Source: a virus. Taken from it: DNA of 64,000 nucleotides. A program made the translations under genes and the position numbers. The DNA is taken from positions 32,001-96,000 of IMG/VR virus record IMGVR_UViG_3300037502_002729; one strand, written 5' to 3'. The notes under the pieces are model-generated. The model was not told the origin of the DNA. It worked only from the letters and a program-made list of their open reading frames with translations, and ran no database searches. Shown here piece by piece: positions 47,775-58,607 of the stretch; position 1 is the first letter of the stretch, and the number at the start of each line of letters is the position of its first letter.

Positions 47775-49279
47775 TATTTTTTATTTACAATAAAGAATGC
47801 TAATTGTTTTTTATATGTTGAAACTTCCCCAGCAATATGAACTTTTAAATCAATAAAATATTTATTTGGGATTTTATCCCTTGTGTCAAATATAAAATAA
47901 TATTCATTTGGGCTTCTATTTATTTCTGTCCAATCTTGCACTTGCACCTCTGTTTCACCCTCCTTAACATAAACCCTATAATATGCTTTAACCCCTGTCA
48001 ATAATTCATCTGTGCTATATGCCTTCTTTATAATAACCCCAACCTTCCTAATATCTGTGTTAAGGATTTTCTCCCCTTGCATAACATTATAAAAATCAAA
48101 ATTATATGATTCATTTTCTGTTGTTTTTGTTCCGGTCTTAATTTTATTATTCATATCATATAATACAAATTCATTTTCAACATTTGGCAAGGTTATTCCA
48201 TTTAAGGTTAATCCACTCCATACATCTGTAAATACCATTGGTGCTGTGTATCCACTAAACACATTTGGAATAGAAACTTCATAAACCCCTTTTGTCACCA
48301 ATTTTGTTGATAAGTTTGTACAACCTGTAACAACATCACCATCACCATCAAAAATATTAACAATAGGATTTGAATCCAAATTTATGTAATTTCCATCATC
48401 TGTAATAAACAAATATAGTTTATTTATTTTATTTTTCACAAAATTATTTCTATCATCTTTTACCAAATCATCATATGTGGTGATAAGATATGGTTCATAG
48501 AATGTTTGTGTATGCCTTGAAAAAAAGCCCACAGCATAGCTTTCTGTTAGCCCTGTTGCATTTTCATAAGAAGGTGGATAAGCAATACCCCAACCAGCAT
48601 AAGATGTTGTAGCACCTGTTAGAATGTCATTTATCTCATTTGTCATATCAAAAGAAATATCTTCATTCCCAAATTCAAAATGCTGTGTATCAAGAATGGT
48701 TAATCCACTATAATTAATAGTAGTTCCTGTATTTTTATTGTTATAAATTCCTGATTCTGTCCAGCCACTTATGGTCTTACCACTAAACCAATTGGATGGA
48801 GTTGTGGTAAATGAATTATCATCTTTAATGACAAGGGGATATTTTGCGCCTGACTTTGAGTTTAAGTTTTTTGAATAATCTGTATAATCATACCCAACCC
48901 CTTCATCCCAATATTGCACATATCCGGTATTCCCGCTACTTAAAGGAATTCTAAATAAATTCAAATCAAATGAGGATGCTCTTCTCTTTTGACTAGGCAT
49001 TTGACCATTTAATAATGTTTTATCAAATGATGCTGTATTTTTCATCACTAGTGTATGTGTTGCACTACTTAATGAACCACTAAAAATGATATTATCATTA
49101 ACTTTATTAATTAATGGTTGTAAATCAAGATTAAATATTAATCTTGTTGGGCCATATGTTGGGATTAAATAATCTGCTGCACCATAACACAATTCTATAA
49201 CAGGATTTCTACCTGTATTAATTTTTGAATTTGAGATTAATGTGTTATTTTGACTAAAATAAGAAAGATGAATTGACAT
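47774..49279 (-). CDS. Putative virion structural protein
   Basis: 501 aa, beta-rich S/T/G/N composition, WDEGVG and FFSRHT motifs; TATTTATT upstream. Confidence 0.6.
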   Translation of the reverse strand: MSIHLSYFSQNNTLISNSKINTGRNPVIELCYGAADYLIPTYGPTRLIFNLDLQPLINKVNDNIIFSGSLSSATHTLVMKNTASFDKTLLNGQMPSQKRRASSFDLNLFRIPLSSGNTGYVQYWDEGVGYDYTDYSKNLNSKSGAKYPLVIKDDNSFTTTPSNWFSGKTISGWTESGIYNNKNTGTTINYSGLTILDTQHFEFGNEDISFDMTNEINDILTGATTSYAGWGIAYPPSYENATGLTESYAVGFFSRHTQTFYEPYLITTYDDLVKDDRNNFVKNKINKLYLFITDDGNYINLDSNPIVNIFDGDGDVVTGCTNLSTKLVTKGVYEVSIPNVFSGYTAPMVFTDVWSGLTLNGITLPNVENEFVLYDMNNKIKTGTKTTENESYNFDFYNVMQGEKILNTDIRKVGVIIKKAYSTDELLTGVKAYYRVYVKEGETEVQVQDWTEINRSPNEYYFIFDTRDKIPNKYFIDLKVHIAGEVSTYKKQLAFFIVNKK

Positions 49280-49297
49280 TTTTTTTATTAATAAATA

Positions 49298-50800
49298 TCA
49301 ATTTATCCTAATTTTTTTGCTTAATATTTTTTTAGTTGCTAATGATAATTCATTTAGTAGATTATTTATTGTTGATCCATCTTCTGTAACTGAAACTGGG
49401 GGCAAACCTGGGAATGGATGAGCATGTGTTATTAAAAATCTAACAATTAGATTAATAAGTTCCAATAATTCTTCTCCCCTCACAGAAGATGATGTATTTG
49501 GATATATATTATCAATTATTTTATCTTGCTCAATACCATATAATGATTCATTTAATTCAATTTTTCTTTTATTTGGTGCAGGTTCTGATTCATGAGATAA
49601 TATATATATTTCATCAGCACCAATTAATGTTGATGTATTTATCTCATCCAAAATTTGTGATTGTATCACATCAACCACTTGATCCAATCTTGGAGGTTCT
49701 GTGCTACCTTTTGAGTAAATAAACCCATATCCTCCTTGTTTTTCAAACTTATTAAATTTAATCTGGTTATAAATATCCACCAAATTTTGTGGGGGTAGTT
49801 TACCAAATCCACCTGTTAATCTTATTTGTGTTGCAAAACCAGGCCTAAAAAATATTGGATATTTAATTTCATTTGGCAAAAATAATTGTGTACCATCATC
49901 TAATTTTAATAAATTATCACAATTTGAAATAAAATTATTTATAAATGCTATTGTTTCAACTTTAGTTAATTGATTAAATGAAGTTCTTGCTCTAATTGAT
50001 TTCAAATCATCAATTGAACTATTTACAGTTAATTTATCAATGGCAACTCTTTCATTTTGATTTAAACTATATAAGTTTATAACACCATTGAATTTTTCTG
50101 TTGAATCTGGGTTTTGAATTATCCATTCAATCAAGAATTTTGTGGACAATATTTTGGATTTAGTAAATTCAAGTTCTGCTGGGGGTAAGACAACTTTACG
50201 TGTGTCATATTGTGATACTTGAACAAATGCTCTATTTTCATTTGGTGTTGGAAATTCTCTTGGATTTAATTGTCCTTTATATTTTCCTGAACGTAATAAT
50301 ACATCATTTTCCTTAACAATTATGTCTGATGAACCCCTACCAATAATTCCATTATCTTTAGGTTCAACAAATAAACCTTTTGTCTTTGATTTTCTATATG
50401 TCCCATCTAAGTTTTTTAAACTTAAACCTTTAGTGAATCTTCTACCAGAACCTGTTTTAATTCTTGCCTCTGTTGCACTAGTTAAATTATTCCTCATTGG
50501 TGAAGTGAAATCAGCCTGGATAAAATATTGGTTATCAAATTTAAAGTCTTTGTTTGCAAAAATAACCAACACCCTTTCCCCAACTTCAATAGGTGCATTT
50601 ATATAATATGGCAAAAGAGGTTTGAAGATGAAAGGGTCTCTAGGCCCCCACATATCTACATTTACATTAAAAGGTGGATCTGTAATAGAATTTAAGATAG
50701 CATCATTTCTATCAGAATCAATTTCAGCACGGACACGACCAATCATATCAGGGTCTTCAATATGTGTTATAGTTGCTGGGAATAATATTCTATTATCCAT
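49298..50800 (-). CDS. Putative baseplate hub/spike (gp5/VgrG-like OB fold)
   Basis: N-term EDPDMIGRVRA...P..GERV; C-term VRGEEL...HAHP. Confidence 0.6.
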   Translation of the reverse strand: MDNRILFPATITHIEDPDMIGRVRAEIDSDRNDAILNSITDPPFNVNVDMWGPRDPFIFKPLLPYYINAPIEVGERVLVIFANKDFKFDNQYFIQADFTSPMRNNLTSATEARIKTGSGRRFTKGLSLKNLDGTYRKSKTKGLFVEPKDNGIIGRGSSDIIVKENDVLLRSGKYKGQLNPREFPTPNENRAFVQVSQYDTRKVVLPPAELEFTKSKILSTKFLIEWIIQNPDSTEKFNGVINLYSLNQNERVAIDKLTVNSSIDDLKSIRARTSFNQLTKVETIAFINNFISNCDNLLKLDDGTQLFLPNEIKYPIFFRPGFATQIRLTGGFGKLPPQNLVDIYNQIKFNKFEKQGGYGFIYSKGSTEPPRLDQVVDVIQSQILDEINTSTLIGADEIYILSHESEPAPNKRKIELNESLYGIEQDKIIDNIYPNTSSSVRGEELLELINLIVRFLITHAHPFPGLPPVSVTEDGSTINNLLNELSLATKKILSKKIRIN

Positions 50801-51011
50801 TTTGTCTTTTATTATATTCTTTTAAAATTGTATTATATAACTCTTCAATTTGATCCAACTCATAAGTTAAATTTATAACAACATTCTTTGTTATATTAAA
50901 ATGATTACTTAAATTGTCAAGCATTTTGACAATATTAGAATTACTTTGTTCCTTTAAATTTTTTGAAAATTCAATGGCATCATTAATGTGATTATTTTCC
51001 ATATTATCCAT
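50793..51011 (-). CDS. Small coiled-coil hypothetical protein
   Basis: Start at 51011 or 51002; tightly coupled to neighbours. Confidence 0.6.
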   Translation of the reverse strand: MDNMENNHINDAIEFSKNLKEQSNSNIVKMLDNLSNHFNITKNVVINLTYELDQIEELYNTILKEYNKRQNG

Positions 51012-53043
51012 GTCTTTTTTTGGCAAAAACTCTACCTGTTAGTTGGGGATCAATAAACCCATCCACAGCTCCATTTGCAATTTCCTCATTATCCATTCCA
51101 TTAATTATAGATTCAGCAAATAACAATACTCTATTTGGTGTTCCATCTAATAATGGTTCAGTGGGTAAACCTAAACTTTGCATTTCAGAAATTACATTTA
51201 TTTTTGCACGTTCATTTGAAAATCCTGGTAAAAATTGTGCACCAATCAATAATGGTGGTGGAATTGGTATAATTGCTGCTTTGTTTAAAATATTTATAGA
51301 ATTTAATATTTTTCCAATACTTTCAACAACACTCTTACATTTTTTAAAATCAGTTACTGTTGATATAATTCCAAGTAGTGCTGAACTTAGTGCCAATATT
51401 ATTTGTTTTTGTTTTTTTGTGTAATTTTTAAATACACCTCCAATAACCCTTGAAACTAATTTCTTCAATTTCTTTTTTAATTCATTAAAAAGTTCTTTTA
51501 CAAAGATTTCTAAAACTCTAGTTGTTACATTTTGTAAATATGTTTTATACTTTTTTGCAAAAATTTCACTATCATCTACAATTTCTTTTGTGAAGTTTGT
51601 GATATTTTCATCATTTTGTTTAATAAACTTATCTGCTTGGGTTTTTAATTGTTTATAATTATTTCCAATTGTTTTTTCAATAACTTGGCCTAATGTCATA
51701 ATTGGCAATAAAACTTTTGGGGATATAATTGATTCCATCATTGCCTTAACAAATGCAAATAGTGTTGAATTATTATTCTTTAAATTATTATTATTTAATA
51801 TATTCAATACCCCATTTGTTATAGCATCACTTTTTTGATTAGGTGTTGATAATTCATTGATGTTTGCAATTATTTCTTTTGCATAATCCACAATACCATC
51901 ATAATCAATAGGTTGGTTCTCAACACCACAACTATCAAAACTAACAATCTTATTTATATAATTGTTTATTAGACTATCAATATCTCTTAATTCTATTTCT
52001 GAAAATGTGAAAAAGTCATCACTATTATCATCTAATTCTGGAATTTTTGCAATTCCACTAACATCAATTGAATCACTATTGTCAAAACATTTGCCACAAA
52101 ATCTTTCAAGCAAAATCATAAATTTTGACTTACCACCAAGTTCAGTTGGGGATGTACTTTGAGTTATATCTGCACCATCAAGGATGTAGTTAATTATGTT
52201 TTTTGTTAAATTATTAAAATCAAAAACATTAATGCTACTATAATAATCAAAAATAAATTTACTATAATAATTGAATTCATCATTATCACTTAATAATGTT
52301 ATTGCAATAAAATCTCCTGTCTCCCCTAAATCATTTGTTGTGGTATAATTAAAGTCAAACAAAGGCAACCCAGAATTACCTCTATAAACATCTCCATATT
52401 TATTATAAAAACTTTCACCAGGCTTTATAAGCCTATTATAAATTTCATAATTTAAAGGAAACCCAATTTGACCTCCAAAATTTTTATATGTATTATTATC
52501 AATTCCATCCTTAATAGATGCTGCCTCTAATTTCTCATAAAAGAAAACACCAGCAGTTGAGTTTGGATCTTTTTTTAGATTTTTCCATAAATCTAAATTT
52601 TTAATTGGTATAAATACTTTATTAGTTACTTGTATATTAGGGGATTCAAAATCTGAAAATTTCAATGTTGGGAATGTTTGCTCATCTCTACACCCTAATA
52701 AATTAATACATTCTTCTGCTAATATGTTTTTTATTTCAGGTAAATTTCTTCCAATAATACTAGAAAATAATTTTAATAAATTATTATTTGTATTATCACC
52801 TTCTCCATCTATTTTTTTTATAAAACCAATTAACTGGTCAAATAATTTTGGGGTTTTGTTTTTTTTTAAGTTTTTAACTGAATTAGAAATATTTATTGCA
52901 TTGTTTACACTTGATACTTTTTTATCAAAAAATATCTGTGCTTGTGCCCTTGCTTGTTCTGATGCTTTTGTACTAGCCAAATAAGTTGAATAAGCATCAA
53001 TTTGCTTTGTTATTTTCTTATATTCATTTAATAAACTTGGCAT
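51004..53043 (-). CDS. Large hypothetical protein (possibly structural)
   Basis: 679-aa ORF in the operon leading to the baseplate-like gene. Confidence 0.65.
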   Translation of the reverse strand: MPSLLNEYKKITKQIDAYSTYLASTKASEQARAQAQIFFDKKVSSVNNAINISNSVKNLKKNKTPKLFDQLIGFIKKIDGEGDNTNNNLLKLFSSIIGRNLPEIKNILAEECINLLGCRDEQTFPTLKFSDFESPNIQVTNKVFIPIKNLDLWKNLKKDPNSTAGVFFYEKLEAASIKDGIDNNTYKNFGGQIGFPLNYEIYNRLIKPGESFYNKYGDVYRGNSGLPLFDFNYTTTNDLGETGDFIAITLLSDNDEFNYYSKFIFDYYSSINVFDFNNLTKNIINYILDGADITQSTSPTELGGKSKFMILLERFCGKCFDNSDSIDVSGIAKIPELDDNSDDFFTFSEIELRDIDSLINNYINKIVSFDSCGVENQPIDYDGIVDYAKEIIANINELSTPNQKSDAITNGVLNILNNNNLKNNNSTLFAFVKAMMESIISPKVLLPIMTLGQVIEKTIGNNYKQLKTQADKFIKQNDENITNFTKEIVDDSEIFAKKYKTYLQNVTTRVLEIFVKELFNELKKKLKKLVSRVIGGVFKNYTKKQKQIILALSSALLGIISTVTDFKKCKSVVESIGKILNSINILNKAAIIPIPPPLLIGAQFLPGFSNERAKINVISEMQSLGLPTEPLLDGTPNRVLLFAESIINGMDNEEIANGAVDGFIDPQLTGRVFAKKRHG

Positions 53044-53047
53044 ATAT

Positions 53048-53416
53048 TTATTTTAGTGTATAGTTGTTATTAGAATCATTTGCAATATCTTTGTCTAGTA
53101 AATTTTGTAACAATGATTCATCTAAATCAGCAAAAGAATAAGATGTTTCATCCTTGCTCATCTTCTCCCATATGCTTGATTGAAGTTTAGATAAACTTAA
53201 CTTTTTCTCAACACAATCATTTATAATTTTTTGTTGTTTTTCAATAACTGGTCCAATCATTGTCATATCTTCAGGATCCTTCAACATTGCCAACATTTTA
53301 TTTTGAATGCGTACAGCAGTTGTCCTCTGTTCAACAAGTTCATTATAAATCTCTTGCATTAGATTTAAAATTGATTCTTTATTAAAAGCAATTTCTTTTT
53401 TAAATGGTCTAGGCAT
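53048..53416 (-). CDS. Hypothetical helical protein
   Basis: 122 aa, directly downstream of the sigma-like gene. Confidence 0.65.
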   Translation of the reverse strand: MPRPFKKEIAFNKESILNLMQEIYNELVEQRTTAVRIQNKMLAMLKDPEDMTMIGPVIEKQQKIINDCVEKKLSLSKLQSSIWEKMSKDETSYSFADLDESLLQNLLDKDIANDSNNNYTLK

Positions 53417-53418
53417 AA

Positions 53419-54144
53419 TTATACAATTTTATTTACAATAAAAATATAAAGAGATTTGAATTTTTTTAGGGAAACTCTAATCTCTTTTGTTGTTAAATTT
53501 GTCATCTCTCTCAATGACAATAATATTAAATTTTTATTAAATTTTGAATTATCTGTTGATGTAAATATTGTTTCATATTTTTCAAAAACATCAATTAAGG
53601 CTAAACCTAATTTTTTCTCATTATCATTTAAATTTTGTGTATCAACAAAATCTTTTAACTTTATAGTATATTGAAGAATTACACTATCTAAATCCAACAC
53701 ATCATCATCTATATGATAACTCATATCTGGTCTATCCTCTAATGAAGCTGATATATCTTCATATGATACTTTTCTATTAGTTTCTTTTTGGTCTTTAAGA
53801 ATTTGTCCCATTAAGTAATTCTTACAGATTGTTCCAAAATATGAATATGCTTTTTTATTTTTGGATGGCTTAAACTTATCAACTTTAGTCATAAGAAAAG
53901 AATGGACATCGCTATGAATCTCATTGAAGTCCATATCTTTTCTATATAATCTATATCGTCTAATTATTGACGATATCATCTTGTCTAATGGTTTTCTAAG
54001 AAATTGGTTGTATATGTTATTTTTTTCTTGAAAAGTTTTTGCAGTTAAAAAATCAATAACAGCATTTTCTTCCCTTATGTCAAAATAATTTTCTTTTGGT
54101 TTTTTCTTTGTTTTCTTAGCCTCATCAATAATTTGGTTTATCAT
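53419..54144 (-). CDS. Putative late-transcription sigma factor (T4 gp55-like)
   Basis: NYF near N-term and region-2-like KFKPSKNKKAYSYFGTICKNYL. Confidence 0.65.
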   Translation of the reverse strand: MINQIIDEAKKTKKKPKENYFDIREENAVIDFLTAKTFQEKNNIYNQFLRKPLDKMISSIIRRYRLYRKDMDFNEIHSDVHSFLMTKVDKFKPSKNKKAYSYFGTICKNYLMGQILKDQKETNRKVSYEDISASLEDRPDMSYHIDDDVLDLDSVILQYTIKLKDFVDTQNLNDNEKKLGLALIDVFEKYETIFTSTDNSKFNKNLILLSLREMTNLTTKEIRVSLKKFKSLYIFIVNKIV

Positions 54145-54950
54145 TAAGATTGTGCAATTTCGTATTTTATTTCTCTATCTGTTGTGAAAAAATATTCTTT
54201 TTTTGCAGTTTGAAGCCAAAACTTAACCTCATCTTCAGTAATATTATTCTTATCAAACTTGTAATTCCAAAAAATTGACCCCTCCCTTAAATTTGTATGT
54301 TTGTATCCTAGTCTAGGTATGGTCATAATTTGTGCACCATTATAAGTTAACCTCAATAAAAATTCATATCCAAATGTTAATTTTATTGAAGGTTTAAATC
54401 CACCCATCTCAATAAATATATCTTTTTTCAAAATAATTCCAGATGTTTGGAAATTTTGATAATCATGCAAAATATCATTTGTCAAAACTCCCATTTCTTG
54501 GGTGAAGTTTGCAGCAAAAGTTGCTTCATTTGTAAACCCAGCAAAAACATCCTTGGAATCAACATCAACAACAACTGGAAGAAAAGCATTATATTCTGGA
54601 TATGCTTGGGCATATTTTTTGAAATTCTTAAACCATATATTTGAATACTCATCATCAAATTCAAAAAAACTAACCCAATTAGAACTAGCATTATTGACAC
54701 CATAATTAATTTGTGCACAATAATTTGGTTCATTTTCCCAAACTAATTTTTTAACATTTAATTCTTTAAAATCAAAATTATTTAAAAACTCAACAAGTGA
54801 ATCTTCTTTTGTATGTACAATAACTAATTCATCAAAGTCATTTTGTTGTTTCTCTAGTGAGGTTATTGCCTTTTCAAAGAATAAATCAAAATCTTTGGCT
54901 CTTGATGATTTGATTGGTAATATTACAGATACTGATAATTTTTTGTCCAT
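54144..54950 (-). CDS. Glycosyltransferase family 2-like
   Basis: SVILP, INYGV, EFDDEY, GGF, YEFLLR. Confidence 0.75.
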   Translation of the reverse strand: MDKKLSVSVILPIKSSRAKDFDLFFEKAITSLEKQQNDFDELVIVHTKEDSLVEFLNNFDFKELNVKKLVWENEPNYCAQINYGVNNASSNWVSFFEFDDEYSNIWFKNFKKYAQAYPEYNAFLPVVVDVDSKDVFAGFTNEATFAANFTQEMGVLTNDILHDYQNFQTSGIILKKDIFIEMGGFKPSIKLTFGYEFLLRLTYNGAQIMTIPRLGYKHTNLREGSIFWNYKFDKNNITEDEVKFWLQTAKKEYFFTTDREIKYEIAQS

Positions 54951-54951
54951 T

Positions 54952-55998
54952 TTATATTTTGTTTAATTGTTCTTCAAATGCATTTATTCTATTTTCAAAA
55001 TAGCCACTAAAACAATCAATGATTGTTGATTTGAATTTATCTTTGTCCTGGTATTCTTTTGATGTGTTTTCAATCTCATCATATAATTCAGGTGTAATAC
55101 TATCTTCAAGCCAGTTTTGAATAAATTCAGCAATATAATCAACCATTTTTAACTTGTCTTGAATCCATATGCCATTCTTATCATTCATCCATTCTGGAAT
55201 TAAATCAGGGATTTTGCCAATTACAGGAATTCCACAAGACATTGATTCTAATGGGAATGTTCCAAATCCACTAATATCATCAATCCAAACACTTAAAAAA
55301 CAATTCTTTAAAGAATTGGCAAATTCAGTATGGGATAATCCTCTCATATCCCTAAATGTAAACCACCTAAATTGGGGATATTTTAAATAAAATTCTTTTA
55401 CAATATTAATTGTATCACTTTGTTCTCTTGTATGCATTGCAATAATTGGCATTGGTGGCAGTTTTGGTTTTGTGAAAATGTCAGAAATAATTGGTTTGAT
55501 TATATCAAATGATATTTTTTTCATATATGAATCAATCCTTTCTTTTTGTTTTTCACTTGTTGTAATACATTTAAGAAATCCAAATGATGTCCATGCTTGT
55601 CCTGGTTGAAGTGTGTCTAATACATATGAATATGATTGAGCCAAAACAATTCTACCACAAGGTAAATCTTTAATTTGTTCCATTATAAATCCATATATTT
55701 CTGGAAGAACAATAAAATCTTCAGGGCTTATCTCTAGGCTTTCCCCCTCAATGGACCGGTGGGGCAATTTTGACATATACTCCTCACCAAGCCAAGAATC
55801 TACACCAGTATAATCTTTTTTCTCATGGAGAATAATTGGGTTAAACCCATTTTCTTTTAAAGTTAAAGCAACATCATAGATATATTTTATTGAAGCCCTT
55901 GCATTTCCTTTTGTGTCTTGGGCAACAAAATAAATCCTTGATTTTTTATCCTTTAGAATATTTAAAGAATTTTCAATTTTTGATTTTAAGTCATTCAT
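54952..55998 (-). CDS. GT-B (GT4-like) glycosyltransferase
   Basis: SGFGTFPLESMSCGIPVIG. Confidence 0.75.
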   Translation of the reverse strand: MNDLKSKIENSLNILKDKKSRIYFVAQDTKGNARASIKYIYDVALTLKENGFNPIILHEKKDYTGVDSWLGEEYMSKLPHRSIEGESLEISPEDFIVLPEIYGFIMEQIKDLPCGRIVLAQSYSYVLDTLQPGQAWTSFGFLKCITTSEKQKERIDSYMKKISFDIIKPIISDIFTKPKLPPMPIIAMHTREQSDTINIVKEFYLKYPQFRWFTFRDMRGLSHTEFANSLKNCFLSVWIDDISGFGTFPLESMSCGIPVIGKIPDLIPEWMNDKNGIWIQDKLKMVDYIAEFIQNWLEDSITPELYDEIENTSKEYQDKDKFKSTIIDCFSGYFENRINAFEEQLNKI

Positions 55999-55999
55999 A

Positions 56000-56278
56000 T
56001 TAATAGTGGTTTATTATTTTTTTATTAAGTAAAGTATTAAATGCTATTTTGAATGGAATAGTTAAATCATTTGCAGAGGTCAACCCCAATTTATCATCAA
56101 TATCATCAGCCTCTGTCAGTACAACATCTAACATTAATTTTACAAGTTCATATTTTATTATATTTATTTTTGTTTCAGTTTCCCCTGTTGTTGTTAGTGT
56201 TGATGTTTCACTCATATCAACATATTTTTCAATAACATCCAAATCAATATAATAATGATCTCCAAATACTTTTAGCAT
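56000..56278 (-). CDS. Hypothetical protein
   Basis: 92 aa in operon. Confidence 0.65.
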   Translation of the reverse strand: MLKVFGDHYYIDLDVIEKYVDMSETSTLTTTGETETKINIIKYELVKLMLDVVLTEADDIDDKLGLTSANDLTIPFKIAFNTLLNKKIINHY

Positions 56279-56862
56279 ATTTCTAATATTTTTTCTTTTA
56301 ATTCATTTATTTTTTTAATACTATGTTTTGACTTAATATTTTTGTTATATTCTTGCTCATATTTTATAACAATTTTATTGTTAGGCATTTCTAATAATAA
56401 GATAGGATTTGCTGTAAGTAAAACATCTATTGAATCAAGCATATTATTTTTTGTTTGTTCACTATAAAACATTATATTCTCAATCAAACAAGAAAACTTT
56501 GAAAGGAAAAATAATGTTGCAGGTTTGGATTTTCCAATTTCATCTGAGACAATCACAATTTCATATTTATCTCTCATATCAATATAGAAATCATTCAAAT
56601 CATTCATTCCAGTATATTCAATAGATGCTGCGTGACCAAATATTTCCATAGGATGTTCAACATATAAAAAATTATATAAATCTTCACTAGTTTCAAACTT
56701 AAAATGATTCATAAGGTTTAAAGAATCAATTGGGTAAATTATCTCATATTTAAACCCACCAACTTCATCTTCTTCATTTGATATATAGAATTTATCATAA
56801 ACTTGCTCTATCTTTCCAAGAGTATCTCTTAAAACTCCATTCAAATCAATTGCTATCCTCAT
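56272..56862 (-). CDS. HAD-like 5'(3')-deoxyribonucleotidase family protein
   Basis: IAIDLNGVLRD (DxN in place of DxD), C-term YNK. Confidence 0.65.
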   Translation of the reverse strand: MRIAIDLNGVLRDTLGKIEQVYDKFYISNEEDEVGGFKYEIIYPIDSLNLMNHFKFETSEDLYNFLYVEHPMEIFGHAASIEYTGMNDLNDFYIDMRDKYEIVIVSDEIGKSKPATLFFLSKFSCLIENIMFYSEQTKNNMLDSIDVLLTANPILLLEMPNNKIVIKYEQEYNKNIKSKHSIKKINELKEKILEIC

Positions 56863-57577
56863 ATTTTTTTAATATTTTTGTTATAAGGGGATTTCTAACA
56901 ATATCTTTAACATCAAATTCATGGTGAGCAATGTCCTCAACATCTTGTAATCTTAGCATAGCATCATATAAACCTGTTCCCCTTTTGTCTTTATATCTGT
57001 CTGTTTGTTCCAAATCTCCAGATATAAAGAATTTAGTATTAAAACCAATTCTTGTCAATAGTAATTTCATTTGGTTTGGAGTTGTATTTTGTGCTTCTTC
57101 CAAAACCAATATGGTGTTATCAATATTTAAACCCCTCATATAAGCAAGAGCCATAACCTCAATAACCTCCATATCCATTAATTTCTCACGAATATTTTTG
57201 CCAATGATTTTATTTAAAAGATAAAAAGATGGATAAATATATGGATCCATCTTCTCATTAACTGTCCCTGGCAAAGCACCTAGTTTTTCTTCTGCCTCAA
57301 CAGCTGGTTTAACAATTACCAATTTGTCATATGTATTGTTTGGGTCTGCAAGTAAATCAATTGCTGCTTTCATTGACATATAACTCTTGCCTGTTCCAGC
57401 TGGGCCAACACAAATTGTTATTTGGTGATTTAATAATTTGTCATAATAAATTGCTTGGTTGTCATTTAGGAATTTTTCTTTTGTTTTCTTTTTTAGCAAA
57501 CTGCAAATTTGGCTTTTTCTTGATTGGGGAGCTAACTCAACCTCATCTTCTTTTTTCACAAATCTTCTTCTTGTCAT
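56846..57577 (-). CDS. phoH: PhoH-family ATPase
   Basis: GPAGTGKS, LG.LPG, AYMRG, EEAQN, LTRIG, GDLEQ, VRNP. Confidence 0.95.
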   Translation of the reverse strand: MTRRRFVKKEDEVELAPQSRKSQICSLLKKKTKEKFLNDNQAIYYDKLLNHQITICVGPAGTGKSYMSMKAAIDLLADPNNTYDKLVIVKPAVEAEEKLGALPGTVNEKMDPYIYPSFYLLNKIIGKNIREKLMDMEVIEVMALAYMRGLNIDNTILVLEEAQNTTPNQMKLLLTRIGFNTKFFISGDLEQTDRYKDKRGTGLYDAMLRLQDVEDIAHHEFDVKDIVRNPLITKILKKYEDSN

Positions 57578-57611
57578 TAAGTTGTTTTTATTTAATAATA
57601 AATAATGGAAA

Positions 57612-58607
57612 CTAAAATTTAACTATTAAATTTTGATTGTTAAATTTATGTAACCAATATTCAATCATCTCATCAAGCATTGTTTCAAATGTATATTTTG
57701 GCTTCCAATTTATTGTTTTCCTTAATTTTGTGGAATCACCTTTTAAATCATTTAATTCTTCTGGTCTATAAAATTTCTCATCTTGGACAACATAATCCAA
57801 GTAATTTAAATCCAAAGCACCAAAAACATATTCACATAATTCTCTAACTGAATGGGATACCCCTGTGGCACACACAAAGTCATCAGGATTGCTTAATTGC
57901 AATATTGACCACATAGCTTCAACATAATCTTTTGCGTGTCCCCAGTCTCTTGTAGCATCCAAATTCCCAAGTTTTAAGGTGTTACTTAAACCTAGTTTTA
58001 TCTTAACTGCTTCTTTAACCACCTTGTTTGTAACAAAATTTGTTCCTCTTCTTGGGCTTTCATGATTAAATAGAATTCCATTTGATATGAACATTCCATA
58101 AGAATTCCTATAATTCCTTGCAATATTATATGCAAATACCTTTGAACATCCATAAGGGGACACTGGTATGAGGGGGGTTGTTTCCCTTTGATATCCATCA
58201 GCATCAATTGAGTTGCCAAACATTTCAGATGATGATGCCTGGTAAACTCTAATATTTTTATCAATCAATTTAACTGCTTCAAATACATTCAATGCACCAA
58301 TACCTGTTGCATTTGCTGCATATAATGGTTGGTCAAATGATATTCTTACATGAGATTGAGCTGCCAAATTATATATCTCATTTGGTCTAACTTCTTGTAT
58401 AACTCTAATCAATGAAGATAAATCAGTCAAATCAGCATAATGCAATTTTAACTTATCATAAACATTATTTAATCTTGATGTCTGATTCTCAGCAACAGAA
58501 TTTCTCTTTAATAATCCATAAACCTCATATCTTTTATCAAGTAGTAATTCAGATAGATAAGATCCATCTTGACCATTAATTCCAGTTATTAATGCTATTT
58601 TATTCAT
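57612..58607 (-). CDS. gmd: GDP-mannose 4,6-dehydratase
   Basis: ITGINGQDGSYL, YNLAAQSHV, QASSSE, SPYG.SK, LFNHESPRRG, RDWGHA.DY. Confidence 0.96.
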   Translation of the reverse strand: MNKIALITGINGQDGSYLSELLLDKRYEVYGLLKRNSVAENQTSRLNNVYDKLKLHYADLTDLSSLIRVIQEVRPNEIYNLAAQSHVRISFDQPLYAANATGIGALNVFEAVKLIDKNIRVYQASSSEMFGNSIDADGYQRETTPLIPVSPYGCSKVFAYNIARNYRNSYGMFISNGILFNHESPRRGTNFVTNKVVKEAVKIKLGLSNTLKLGNLDATRDWGHAKDYVEAMWSILQLSNPDDFVCATGVSHSVRELCEYVFGALDLNYLDYVVQDEKFYRPEELNDLKGDSTKLRKTINWKPKYTFETMLDEMIEYWLHKFNNQNLIVKF

